From Calditrichota bacterium (GTDB lineage: Bacteria > Zhuqueibacterota > JdFR-76 > BMS3Abin05): a DNA stretch of 24,355 nucleotides. How positions within the stretch are numbered: position 1 is the first letter of the stretch; the number at the start of each line of letters is the position of its first letter. A program made the translations under genes and the position numbers. Below, piece after piece: positions 15,449-24,355 of the stretch. The DNA is taken from NCBI GenBank assembly GCA_013151735.1, contig JAADHR010000131.1, positions 1 through 24,355 on the forward strand, in the 5' to 3' direction. Under the pieces are notes generated by a model. That model had not been told where the DNA came from and searched no databases. It saw only the letters and a list, made by a program, of their open reading frames with translations.

Positions 15449-15463
15449 TGGCATAAAAATGCA
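15449..15463 (+). promoter_or_regulatory. TGGCAT-N5-TGCA element resembling a sigma-54 -24/-12 promoter but with GG-to-GC spacing one nt short (11 instead of 12)
   Basis: The sequence is ttTGGCATaaaaaTGCAaag, 85 bp upstream of the histidine kinase start. The same core recurs at 20306 with canonical spacing. Confidence 0.25.
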
Positions 15464-15547
15464 AAGATAATTAAAATGACATAAATTTGAAAATCATTGC
15501 GGATGATTTCAAAATTCTATATATTATTATAAATATAAGAGGAAGAT

Positions 15548-16681
15548 ATGACTCCTAAGTATTCTGCTTTAATTATTAAGCTGAGTCAACTGGTTAAAAT
15601 AGTTTTTATTGCCATTTTGATACTGATTGTAACGCTTTTGCACTACAGTACCAAAACATCTATGCCCCATTGGCACGAAGTCTACAAAACCCTCTATTTT
15701 ATTCCGATTATTTTGGCTGCTTTCTGGTACGATCTGGCAGGTGCTCTCACGACCTCGCTAATTATTAGCCTGGTTTATCTTCCTCATGTTATTTTTCAAT
15801 GGGGAGGAAGTTTCTCTTTCAATAGCAGCCGCATTTTAATGATTCTTCTCTATAATATTATTGCGCTGGTCACGGGCTATCTGGCTCAGCGAGAAAAACA
15901 AGAACGGGCGCGGTATCAGGAGGCAGCAGAAAAACTGGACGATTCGTATGAACGCTTGAAAGCACAGTCCGATCAACTCAGATTGATTGAAGAAAAGCTT
16001 CGTCAAACGGAAAGGCTCTCCACACTGGGGGAGCTGACAGCCAGTTTGGCTCACGAGGTCAGAAATCCGCTGGGGTCCATTAAGGGTGTGGCCGAAATTC
16101 TTTCTGAAGAGTATGCGGAATCGGGAAAGAATCGGGAGTTTGTGGATATTTTGCAGACGGAGGTTTCTCGTCTGAATGAAGTCGTAGGGAACTATTTAAA
16201 TTTTGCCCGGACAAATCGTGTTCAAAAGAAGCCCACAAATATAGTTGAAGTCTTACAGTCCACACTGGCGCTGGTGCGGGTAAAGATAAACCATGCAGGC
16301 ATCCGAATGCGCATTCACCTTCCGGAAGAGGAAGTACCTGTTTTGGGGGATGAGCATTTGCTGCGGCAGGCGCTTTTGAATCTTGTTTTGAATGCAATTA
16401 ATGCCATGCCTAACGGAGGGGATTTGGCGGTAAATTTAAATGAAAAAGAAGAATTGGTCGAAATTTGTTTGAAGGATTCCGGTACAGGTATTCCCCGGAA
16501 TAAGATGAAGGATATTTTTAGGGTATTTTATACCACTCGGGAATCCGGTACCGGATTGGGACTTCCGATTTCGAAGCGAATTATTGAAGAACATGGGGGA
16601 AAATTGCTGCTAAAAAGCGAGTATCAAAAGGGCACACAGGCCATTATTATTTTGCCCAAAATGACTGAAAACCATTCGTAA
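15548..16681 (+). CDS. two-component sensor histidine kinase (membrane-anchored, HisKA + HATPase_c)
   Basis: About four N-terminal TM segments are present. The H-box is LAHEVRNPLGSIKG, the N-box is LLNLVLNAINAM, the G1 box is DSGTGIP and the G2 box is GTGLGL. A coiled-coil linker is present. Confidence 0.85.
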   Translation: MTPKYSALIIKLSQLVKIVFIAILILIVTLLHYSTKTSMPHWHEVYKTLYFIPIILAAFWYDLAGALTTSLIISLVYLPHVIFQWGGSFSFNSSRILMILLYNIIALVTGYLAQREKQERARYQEAAEKLDDSYERLKAQSDQLRLIEEKLRQTERLSTLGELTASLAHEVRNPLGSIKGVAEILSEEYAESGKNREFVDILQTEVSRLNEVVGNYLNFARTNRVQKKPTNIVEVLQSTLALVRVKINHAGIRMRIHLPEEEVPVLGDEHLLRQALLNLVLNAINAMPNGGDLAVNLNEKEELVEICLKDSGTGIPRNKMKDIFRVFYTTRESGTGLGLPISKRIIEEHGGKLLLKSEYQKGTQAIIILPKMTENHS

Positions 16682-16711
16682 GATTTGTGATTTATTTTCA
16701 GGGTACATAAA

Positions 16712-18049
16712 ATGATGAAATTATTACTTGTTGATGATGATGAGAGTCTGTGCCGGGTTATTGCGCACCAACTCAGGCAAATGGATTTTCAAGTGGATAT
16801 CGCCTTTACGGGTGAGAAGGGACTGGCGCTATTTAAGGCCAACTCATATGACGTGATTCTTTCAGATATTAACTTGCCCGGGATAACCGGAATGGATGTT
16901 CTAAAGAGCGTCCGGGAGCGCGATAAAGAAGTTATTTTTATTTTGATTACGGCTTACGGCTCTGTAGAAAATGCCGTGGCGGCCTCTAAATTTGGCGCAG
17001 ATGATTATTTAATTAAACCCTTTGGAAAAGAGGCCATGCGCTTTGTAATTGAGAAAGCGCTTCGTTTCAGACAACTCCGTCAGGAAAATCGCAGGCTAAA
17101 AATTGAACTCTCGCAAAAGTTTGGATTCGATGCGTTGGTAGGGAGAAGCCCCAAAATGGAGGCTCTTGTGCAAATGGCTTTTCGGATGGCCGCCAGCGAT
17201 TCTACGGTTCTGATTTTGGGGGAGAGCGGTACCGGGAAAGAATTGCTTGCCAGGGGGATCCATGCCAACAGCGGCCGGCGGGAAGGCCCCTTTGTAACCG
17301 TAAATTGTCCGTCTATTCCTGAACAATTATTGGAAAGTGAGTTGTTTGGGCATGTGAAGGGAGCCTTTACAGGAGCGGTCAAAGACAGACGGGGCAAATT
17401 TGAAATGGCCAATGGCGGGACGTTGTTCCTGGATGAAATCGGGGATTTGAAATTTGATCTCCAGTCAAAGTTGCTTCGTGTTTTACAAGAACGGGAAATT
17501 GAACGGGTGGGCGAGAATAAGCCTATTCCTGTCGATGTGCGCATTATTGCGGCGACAAATAGGAATCTGGAGCAAATGATGAAAGACGGACAGTTCCGGG
17601 AGGACCTGTACTATCGCTTGCGTGTATTGCCCCTGGTTATCCCTCCTCTTCGGGAAAGAAAAGAGGACATCATCCCGCTTGTTCACCATTTTATCAAGAA
17701 GCATGGCAATGGCGTGGATTACAAAATTGACCCGGATGTTCTGGAGTTGCTGGAGAATTATGATTGGCCGGGAAATGTGAGGGAATTGGAGAACGTGATT
17801 GAACGTGCGGTTGTTTTGAGTGCCGATGGGCGAATTACATCGGATTTGCTTCCCGAGGAATTCCGTTTTCCTGCCCCCCATCGGATAAGCGGAGGTGAAG
17901 GGTCAAAATCGACTTTGCTGGAAGTAGAAAGGCAGGTTATTGAAGATGCGTTGCGCAAGGCTAACGGGAATCAGTCCAAAGCGGCCAAACTGTTGGGAAT
18001 CCCCCGGCACGTCTTGCTGTATCGGCTGAAGAAATATGAGAAGGGATGA
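16712..18049 (+). CDS. sigma-54-dependent response regulator (NtrC/AtoC family: REC + AAA+ sigma-54 activator + Fis-type HTH)
   Basis: The receiver motif is LLVDDDESL...DVILSDINLPGITG. The Walker A is GESGTGKE. The sigma-54-contact motif GAFTGA, plus ESELFGH and a Walker B DEIGDL, are present. The C-terminal HTH is QSKAAKLLGIPRHVLLYRLKKY. The start lies 30 nt after the HK stop, consistent with an operon. Confidence 0.9.
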   Translation: MMKLLLVDDDESLCRVIAHQLRQMDFQVDIAFTGEKGLALFKANSYDVILSDINLPGITGMDVLKSVRERDKEVIFILITAYGSVENAVAASKFGADDYLIKPFGKEAMRFVIEKALRFRQLRQENRRLKIELSQKFGFDALVGRSPKMEALVQMAFRMAASDSTVLILGESGTGKELLARGIHANSGRREGPFVTVNCPSIPEQLLESELFGHVKGAFTGAVKDRRGKFEMANGGTLFLDEIGDLKFDLQSKLLRVLQEREIERVGENKPIPVDVRIIAATNRNLEQMMKDGQFREDLYYRLRVLPLVIPPLRERKEDIIPLVHHFIKKHGNGVDYKIDPDVLELLENYDWPGNVRELENVIERAVVLSADGRITSDLLPEEFRFPAPHRISGGEGSKSTLLEVERQVIEDALRKANGNQSKAAKLLGIPRHVLLYRLKKYEKG

Positions 18050-18229
18050 GAGAAAGCAGGATACATGCGTTCAGATAACATGCCTATATTCAAACGATCC
18101 ATCAAATAAACGGTAAGAATAAGAACAGGCATCAAAAGGGGGAAGTCAAATCATTCTTGGATTTCTAAACGTGCAGCACTGACGTATCACTTTGGATTGA
18201 TGAAATAATTACAATGAGCTTTGAATATT

Positions 18230-18844
18230 CTATGTGGGGGGCAAGAAATCTTTTGGCAGATCACGTCCTAAGATCGTTATAAAAATCAGTCTTAGATCAG
18301 AAAAGAAGTGGCGATTCTTAAGATAATGCGCTGAAAGTTTAATTTTATGGGGTAAAACCTTTTCCAAATAGTACTTTTCCCAATTCGATGATTGAGCCAA
18401 TACCCTTTCTTCGTTTCTGTAAACCAGGGATGCCGGATCGGTCATTCCGGGTCTGTTTTGAAGTAAGAATTTATAATCATTTTTATAGAACTGAACATAT
18501 TTTGGAACTTCTGGCCTTGATCCTACAAAACTCATCTCTCCCCGAAGAATATTAATGAGCTGTGGAAGCTCATCCAATTTATATTTTCTTAGAAGTTGAC
18601 CCATCCTTGTTATCCGAGAATCGCCGGAAACGGTAATTGAGGCTCCGTTAATATCCCGTTCATTGACCATTGTACGGAATTTTAGGATATCGAACAAAAT
18701 GAGGTTTTTCCCCACCCTTTTTTGTTTAAAAAAAACAGGCCCCCTGGAATCCAATTTAATAAACAATGCAATGAGTAAAAAGAGTGGCAGGAGTACAGCA
18801 AGTGAGATGAGTGAAACGACAAAATCAAAACTTTTTTGAATCAA
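18230..18844 (-). CDS. polyprenyl-phosphate sugar-1-phosphate transferase (PglC/WbaP C-terminal-domain type, Bac_transf family)
   Basis: A single N-terminal TM is followed by the conserved core DSRGPVFFKQKRVGKN...RMGQLLRKYKLDELPQLINILRGEMSFVGSRPE. A 4-nt ATGA overlap with the upstream DegT gene gives translational coupling. Confidence 0.8.
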   Translation of the reverse strand: MIQKSFDFVVSLISLAVLLPLFLLIALFIKLDSRGPVFFKQKRVGKNLILFDILKFRTMVNERDINGASITVSGDSRITRMGQLLRKYKLDELPQLINILRGEMSFVGSRPEVPKYVQFYKNDYKFLLQNRPGMTDPASLVYRNEERVLAQSSNWEKYYLEKVLPHKIKLSAHYLKNRHFFSDLRLIFITILGRDLPKDFLPPT

Positions 18845-20079
18845 TTTTGCCTCGTCAAAATTGCAGATTTTTCATTTGATATTCCATGTCTGCCCACGGG
18901 ATAATATTTTTTCTTCCTGTATATCTGAATAATCCTTAGTACCGATTTTATTACCCGATTAACTTCCGATTGTGTCATTCCCGGGAAGATCGGCAGAGAA
19001 ATTGTGCGTTTATAAAGCCATTCTGAATTTGGAAAATCCCCTTTTTTATAATTGTACGTTTTTTTATAGAACGGATGGTGATAGAGAGGAATAAAATGCA
19101 CGGATGTTCCGATACCGTCGTGAGCCAACTCCTGAATAAATTGATTCCGGCTGATGGTTAAGCGGTCAATATCTAATATAAGAGTAAACAAGTGCCAGGC
19201 ATTGGTTATGCCGGAATTGGGCTTGTATGGGATAATTTCGCTAATTCCTTGAAAAGACTGTAGATACGCTCTGGCAACATCTCTTCGTTTTTTCCACATC
19301 CATTCCAATTTTCGCAGTTGTGCCAACCCCAAAGCTGCTTGAATGTCTGTCATATTATATTTAAAACCCGCGTCAACCACTTCATAATACCATGAACCGT
19401 TTGTTGAATAGCGCTTCCACACATCGGATGAAATACCGTGCAGGCGCGCTGTTCTAATACTTTCGGCCCATTCCTTGTTGTTTGTGGTTACCATCCCGCC
19501 TTCCCCAGTAGTCAGGGTTTTTGTGGCGTAAAAACTGAAGCAGGTCAAATCGCCAATTGTCCCAATTTTATTGCTGTTGTACCAGGCAGGTAAAGCGTGA
19601 GCCGCATCCTCAATAACTTTTAGGTTAAACTTTTTTGCGATCTTTTTTATGGCGTTCATTTCGCAAGGAATACCACCAAAATGCACAGGGATAATCGCCT
19701 TAACATTGCCTGGATCTGCTTTCTTTTCAAGTAATTTCGAAATGGCATGAGGGTCTATGTTCGCAGTGTCCTTCTCAATATCCACAAGAATTGGCTTGGC
19801 ACCAAAGTAAGCGACCACTTCTCCAGTAGCCGTAAACGTAACTGCAGGGATCACGACCTCATCTCCCCTCTTGATACCGACAGCTTTCAGGGCCAAGTGA
19901 AGAGCCGCTGTCCCGGAATTGACGCTTATTGCCTCAGAGACACCAATATAATCAGCAAAAGCCTTTTCAAATTTGATGGTTTTGGGGCCCATGGTAAGCC
20001 AACCCGATCGAATAGAATCAATTACTTCGTTAATTTCTTCATCCGTAATATAGGGGCGGTGAAAGGGAATATTTTTCAT
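18841..20079 (-). CDS. DegT/DnrJ/EryC1/StrS-family PLP-dependent sugar aminotransferase
   Basis: The N-terminus IPFHRPYITDEEINEVIDSIRSGWLTMGPKTIKFEKAFADYIG is family-typical. The PLP-lysine region is FSFYATKTLTTGEGGMV. The full-length family fold is present. Confidence 0.88.
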   Translation of the reverse strand: MKNIPFHRPYITDEEINEVIDSIRSGWLTMGPKTIKFEKAFADYIGVSEAISVNSGTAALHLALKAVGIKRGDEVVIPAVTFTATGEVVAYFGAKPILVDIEKDTANIDPHAISKLLEKKADPGNVKAIIPVHFGGIPCEMNAIKKIAKKFNLKVIEDAAHALPAWYNSNKIGTIGDLTCFSFYATKTLTTGEGGMVTTNNKEWAESIRTARLHGISSDVWKRYSTNGSWYYEVVDAGFKYNMTDIQAALGLAQLRKLEWMWKKRRDVARAYLQSFQGISEIIPYKPNSGITNAWHLFTLILDIDRLTISRNQFIQELAHDGIGTSVHFIPLYHHPFYKKTYNYKKGDFPNSEWLYKRTISLPIFPGMTQSEVNRVIKSVLRIIQIYRKKKYYPVGRHGISNEKSAILTRQN

Positions 20080-20305
20080 TGAAGGTGTTCCTGTTTTATA
20101 GTCAGCATTTTTATTGACGTTGGCATCATGAATTTTCTAAAATACCAAAAATTATGTGATTTTTTTATGAATTATTTCTATATTGAAATACAAAATTGTA
20201 ACTGCTCCGGTTTGTAGTCGTTAGATTCCTAAAGACTGTTAGTTGGGGATCACGCCACTGGTTAGAATTATATGGCTGTTTCGTATTAATATAGTGGTAA
20301 TAAAA

Positions 20306-20321
20306 TGGCATAAAATATGCA
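20306..20321 (+). promoter_or_regulatory. candidate sigma-54 (-24/-12) promoter TGGCATaaaatATGCA upstream of the secreted beta-helix gene
   Basis: GG is at 20307-8 and GC at 20319-20, with the canonical 12-nt register of TGGCACG-N4-TTGCA. There are 3 mismatches at non-core positions. The element is 68 bp upstream of the ATG at 20389, and an NtrC-family activator is encoded 2.3 kb away. Confidence 0.35.
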
Positions 20322-20388
20322 GGTAATTCCAGATGAATGCAATCGATTTGCGGCATTTTATTTATTATATCAAAAGAAAGAAGTTCGT

Positions 20389-22752
20389 ATGAAAAAGAAT
20401 AAAATTAAATATTACATAAAAGGCCAGATCTTTTTATTTATTTTATTTTTAAGTATCGCCCGCCCTATAGCTGCCAAAACCTATTTTATTGATCCAAACG
20501 GATCAAATCAAAATCCAGGAACGGAATCACTTCCTTTGGCTACATTTGAATATGCTATGAACGTTCTCCAACCCGGCGATGTGCTCTTGCTAAAAGACGG
20601 TGTCTATCGGCAAACATTGAATGTAACCCTTTCGGGAAAAGAAAATGCCCCCATCGCATTTCGGGCTCAAAATGATGGAAAGGCTGTCGTTGATGGTGAA
20701 TATGTTCGCTCGGTATTGACCATTGTAGATCAGCATGATATTACGATCGGGGGCATTGTATTTAAGAATTCGAATGGGAGTGTAATAAGGGTTACCCGTT
20801 CGTCTCGTGTTATTTTAAGACGGGTCTCCGCCTATAATGCCGGTTCCGGCAATTACCATGTATTTGACATCTGGTTGGATCATGACATTCTTTTGGAGGA
20901 TTGCGCCGCCTCAGGTTCTGGTAGAATGATGTACGATGTTCTTAACTCTCGGGATATTACACTTCGCCGATGCTGGGGACGCTGGCAATCCCATTCCGGC
21001 GGCGGCGGAGATAACGGCATTATTGAAATTTATGGCACAAATAATTCTTTGGTTGAAAACTGTATTGGTACGAAAGATACCCATGCTTCGGTGAATGTTC
21101 AAGGTATTGGAGTCTGGGCAAACTGGTACAACGAACGGGCGGATAGCAATCGCTTTTTCGGAAATATCACATTTAATCTTTCATCTTGGTCATTTTTCAA
21201 TACCAGTGCCCAGCACCGCACGATTGCCAATCAATTTATTGACAATGCCTCCATTCAATCACCTTATGGATATATTCAACGCGGAGATGCCAATTGCACG
21301 GTGCGACAGATGACGATTGTGGGCGCCCAAAAAATCGCTTTCTCGTTGGATCCCAATTCCCTCCCATTGGACTCTGACTATTTTATTAAAAGCGACGTGA
21401 GAAATTCTGTTTTTATCGACGCCGGTATTGGATTTTCTGTGAATAATCGATTTCCTTCAAGGATTTCCCTATTTGAAAAATATAATGATCTTTTTCGGGT
21501 AGATCGACCCTATAGCGGCTTTTCTCCTGCCAATTCCCATGATATTCAACAAGATCCAGAATTTTTGGTCAATCGCTATGGAAAGGGAGGATATTTGTTT
21601 GTTCCTGATTCTTCCCCTGTCAAAAATTTGGGTGAAGCGGGGACGAGGATTGGAGCAAAAATACTCTATCGTTACGAAAATGGTTCTCTTTCAACTATTC
21701 CTCTTTGGCCATGGCCTATGGAAGAACGCATTCTTAACGAGACGGGGCAGAGTGTGACCTATGAATCAAAAGGTGGGCTCTGGAAAACGCTTGACGGACT
21801 TTATACTGAAACACAATCCCCCTTTGACTTCAGTATCTCAAGTGAAAGTGAGATTGATTTACCGGTCAGGGGAGAGGCCGACGCCAACATTTCGATTAAA
21901 TTAATATCGGGGAGTTCATCCCCCGTTACATTGTCTGCAGAAAAACTCCCACGGGGAGTGACTGTTCAATTTCAGCGGGAACCGTACACCCCTACCTGTG
22001 AGGCAAAAGCAATTTTTAAGGCCGATTCAACAGCTATTCCCGGAAACTACTATGTTAGCCTTTGGGCTGATGGGAAAACCGTTCAACACTCTGTAAATTT
22101 GAGGCTGGTTATCACGAAACCCCTGACAAATGAATTAACCAGTTTCCATGTAATATCGGCTATTACTGTTGATGGTTTCCTGAGGGAAAAAGCCTGGAAC
22201 TATGCAGATTCTGTTATATTTAATAACCCACAAAAAAGCGATAATCAAGTCACCGCTTTTAGTCTATGGAATGATCAAAACCTTTATTTTGCTTTTCGTG
22301 TTAAAGATAACCAATTAGAAGTTTCAAATTCTGCACTTTGGTTAGATGATGGTATTGAAATTTATTTGGATACCCAGAACAATAGATCCACTTCTTTAGA
22401 TTCTGATGACTATCATTTTATTGTGACTATAAATAAAATATCTAATATTTCGGGGATACCCATTGGTTTTCATCAAAGTGAGCAGGGTTATGTTCTCGAG
22501 ATAGCGATACCATGGTCCCTGATCAATACAGTTCCTGCAGCTAACCAAACAATGGGATTTCTTCTCGGGAATAATGACCGTGACAATGAAAAAACGGTAC
22601 AGTTTGACTGGCTAAATCTGATTCAATTAGGAAGTTATGCTCATCCCAATTTATGGGGAACTCTGTTTCTCTCTAATAAACCTGTAGGGTCTGTGGATGA
22701 CAAGCCCCCCCAACAGCCGTCCGGCATTCGTGTCCGGCCGGGGGGAAATTAG
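20389..22752 (+). CDS. secreted right-handed parallel beta-helix protein (polysaccharide lyase/hydrolase-like) with C-terminal CBM9/DOMON-like carbohydrate-binding domain
   Basis: The ATG at 20389 gives a classical signal peptide MKKNKIKYYIKGQIFLFILFLSIARPIAA. The upstream ORF extension from 20317 is rejected. The N-terminal region GDVLLLKDGVYRQTLNVTLSG...IAFRAQNDGKAVVDGE is typical of beta-helix (pectate-lyase-fold) proteins. The C-terminal region DGFLREKAWNYADSV...LWLDDGIEIYLDTQNN resembles family 9 CBMs. Confidence 0.6.
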   Translation: MKKNKIKYYIKGQIFLFILFLSIARPIAAKTYFIDPNGSNQNPGTESLPLATFEYAMNVLQPGDVLLLKDGVYRQTLNVTLSGKENAPIAFRAQNDGKAVVDGEYVRSVLTIVDQHDITIGGIVFKNSNGSVIRVTRSSRVILRRVSAYNAGSGNYHVFDIWLDHDILLEDCAASGSGRMMYDVLNSRDITLRRCWGRWQSHSGGGGDNGIIEIYGTNNSLVENCIGTKDTHASVNVQGIGVWANWYNERADSNRFFGNITFNLSSWSFFNTSAQHRTIANQFIDNASIQSPYGYIQRGDANCTVRQMTIVGAQKIAFSLDPNSLPLDSDYFIKSDVRNSVFIDAGIGFSVNNRFPSRISLFEKYNDLFRVDRPYSGFSPANSHDIQQDPEFLVNRYGKGGYLFVPDSSPVKNLGEAGTRIGAKILYRYENGSLSTIPLWPWPMEERILNETGQSVTYESKGGLWKTLDGLYTETQSPFDFSISSESEIDLPVRGEADANISIKLISGSSSPVTLSAEKLPRGVTVQFQREPYTPTCEAKAIFKADSTAIPGNYYVSLWADGKTVQHSVNLRLVITKPLTNELTSFHVISAITVDGFLREKAWNYADSVIFNNPQKSDNQVTAFSLWNDQNLYFAFRVKDNQLEVSNSALWLDDGIEIYLDTQNNRSTSLDSDDYHFIVTINKISNISGIPIGFHQSEQGYVLEIAIPWSLINTVPAANQTMGFLLGNNDRDNEKTVQFDWLNLIQLGSYAHPNLWGTLFLSNKPVGSVDDKPPQQPSGIRVRPGGN

Positions 22753-22815
22753 CTAACATAAAAAGTTCATGTAAAAAAGCTCATCCAATGAAATGTGTTC
22801 TGGCTATTCGCAATT

Positions 22816-23847
22816 CTATCGGTTGGGCGGAATTTCCAATAACACGGCTGGCTTATTCTTCCCCTTGAGAATAAAAAAATCCCAGATGCCTTTTATATAT
22901 CCCATTCCATAACTGAAATGCAGAATTGTGAATGCGGCCGGAAGGTAAAATATTTCCTTCCAATTTTTCCGAAAGGCCCTTTTAAGGGACACAAAAAGGC
23001 TTATCGAAAAATAAAACCCTAATAAACCCAAAAGTGCCATACGACCCAGTGGATAAAGAAAGGCTAAAGGGATTAAAAGGGTTAGGGAGCTCACAAAGAG
23101 CCCGGGGATTAATTGGCGCCAACTCAATATCTTCCCCAATTTTTGTACCACTCGTGGCTTAAAATAACCATATTGGAAGTACATTTGCCACAATTTGAGA
23201 AAATTATCTCTGGCGTGATAATAGCTTACAATTTGAGGAACGAGGAGAATTGTGCCCCCGTTATTGATAATACGATAGTTAAATTCATCATCCTGATTGC
23301 GCGTTAATTCTTCGTCAAAATAACCAAATCTTGCAAAAACGGAACGCCGATAACAGCCGAAGGGTACTGTGTCCACGTAGCGAATTCTGTCCGTTCCAAT
23401 TCGAAAATAGGAGTTTCCCATTCCAAAGGGATGGGAAAGCGCGCTGGCAATTGCCCTGGATTTTGGAGAATTTGTTGCGGGGATTGTAACCAAAACGCCT
23501 CCGACACAATCAACCTGGTGTTTCTCCATCATTTGAACATTTAGGGAAATGAAGTCTGGTGTTATTTTGGAATGGCTTCCCAATATAATGACATACTTGC
23601 CGGAGGAAGAACGAATGCCAATATTCAGTGCAATCGGCGTTGTGAGGCCGGGATTTTCAAAAAAGCGAATGTAAGAATATTTTTTTGCATAATGTTGGGC
23701 GATTTTAGTCGTTCCATCATTACTCTTTCCATCAATAACCAGAATTTCTAAATTTTCCTTCGGGAATGTACTCTCAATAATTGAATCCAGGCATGGAGCC
23801 AGATATTTTTCTTCATTTCGGCAAGGGATAATAATTGATACAATCAT
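22816..23847 (-). CDS. family 2 glycosyltransferase (GT-A fold) with C-terminal TM helices
   Basis: The N-terminus is MIVSIIIPCRNEEKYLAPCLDSIIES...LEILVIDGKSNDGT, a typical GT2 signature. The C-terminal ~100 aa are hydrophobic, as in membrane-embedded polysaccharide-synthase-like GT2 proteins. Confidence 0.8.
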   Translation of the reverse strand: MIVSIIIPCRNEEKYLAPCLDSIIESTFPKENLEILVIDGKSNDGTTKIAQHYAKKYSYIRFFENPGLTTPIALNIGIRSSSGKYVIILGSHSKITPDFISLNVQMMEKHQVDCVGGVLVTIPATNSPKSRAIASALSHPFGMGNSYFRIGTDRIRYVDTVPFGCYRRSVFARFGYFDEELTRNQDDEFNYRIINNGGTILLVPQIVSYYHARDNFLKLWQMYFQYGYFKPRVVQKLGKILSWRQLIPGLFVSSLTLLIPLAFLYPLGRMALLGLLGFYFSISLFVSLKRAFRKNWKEIFYLPAAFTILHFSYGMGYIKGIWDFFILKGKNKPAVLLEIPPNR

Positions 23848-23947
23848 TTATAAAAAGTCCTGTGTTTCTTAAGGGGAAGGTAAATGGGAAACTCGCGGTC
23901 TAAATGTTCTAAGTCTCAAGACAGGGTTTAAGGTTGTTTTATTGTGT

Positions 23948-24355
23948 TTAATCAATAAATTCACGCAACCAAAGCTCCAAGTTTACCCAACGCCAGATAT
24001 AACCACTTATGTTCCGTTTGCCCTCACAGTGTATTGCAAACATTTGTTTTGCCTCATCAGCATTAAAAAACGGCCTTGATGCAAAACTTCTGGAGTTTAG
24101 AATCTGCGTTATAACAGCCTTCAATTCTCCTCTGAACCAGCTATCTTCTGGTGTAGAAAATCCCATTTTATCCAGTCTATTATGTACAAGCTTGGGCAAA
24201 ACCTCCTTCGTCGCATTACGAAGTATGTGCTTTGTAACCCCACGCTGTATCTTTTGAGAAGAAGGCAGGGAAAAAGCGAATTCCACTAACCTGTGATCCA
24301 GGAATGGAACTCTGGATTCTATGGAATGCGCCATGGAATTTCTATCGTCAAATCG
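23948..24355 (-). CDS. asparagine synthetase (glutamine-hydrolysing) AsnB-like amidotransferase, C-terminal fragment (gene continues beyond window end)
   Basis: SIESRVPFLDHRLVEFAFSLP...GVTKHILR is the conserved asparagine synthase C-terminal region. Only the final ~130 aa are in the window. The reading frame runs off the 3' edge. Confidence 0.7.
   Translation of the reverse strand, partial: RFDDRNSMAHSIESRVPFLDHRLVEFAFSLPSSQKIQRGVTKHILRNATKEVLPKLVHNRLDKMGFSTPEDSWFRGELKAVITQILNSRSFASRPFFNADEAKQMFAIHCEGKRNISGYIWRWVNLELWLREFID

Noticed and set aside
15449-15463. Calling this a bona fide sigma-54 promoter
   Set aside because: The GG-GC distance is 11 rather than the strictly conserved 12. It is retained only as a low-confidence regulatory motif.
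20317-20388. Upstream extension of the beta-helix ORF (MQVIPDECNRFAAFYLLYQKKEVR...)
   Set aside because: The internal ATG at 20389 begins a textbook signal peptide (MKKNKIKYY...IAA). The extension overlaps the candidate sigma-54 promoter.

Overview
This 24.4-kb bacterial window has a moderate GC content and is densely coding on both strands. The lineage cannot be assigned from sequence alone. Gene order:
(1) An ECF sigma-70 factor is translationally coupled to a zinc-binding (HxxxCxxC) anti-sigma factor that carries C-terminal HEAT-like repeats. A secreted DUF4097-type 'TSGGD' beta-helix repeat protein follows.
(2) An Nramp/MntH divalent-metal transporter fused to a C-terminal UspA domain is on the minus strand.
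(3) An SPFH/band-7-like membrane protein follows on the plus strand.
(4) A 1882-aa ORF has an N-terminus made of two tandem class I/II PLP-aminotransferase-like folds. The first fold lacks the PLP lysine; the second retains NPHNATG and SISKxxxxGxR. Its C-terminal ~1100 aa carry the ordered motif series of phosphoenolpyruvate carboxylase: HPT, SLWGDWDG, VSMASSA, VVPLFEE, IAGSD, KFGSGESPQRQGG and a C-terminal GNSG. The GRGG arginine loop is degenerate. This apparent aminotransferase-PEPC fusion is, to my knowledge, undescribed and is the most interesting object in the window.
(5) Nine AATCTT-type hexamer repeats abut its start codon. About 2.3 near-identical copies of a ~221-bp structured tandem repeat (hairpins, terminal inverted repeats, 15-bp palindrome) follow its stop.
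(6) Downstream lie a hypothetical 438-aa protein, a membrane protein, and a sensor histidine kinase with an NtrC-family sigma-54 activator pair.
(7) The right end is a glycan/EPS-type locus: PglC-like sugar transferase, DegT aminotransferase, a secreted beta-helix/CBM9-like protein behind a sigma-54-like -24/-12 element, a GT2 glycosyltransferase, and a truncated AsnB-like gene.
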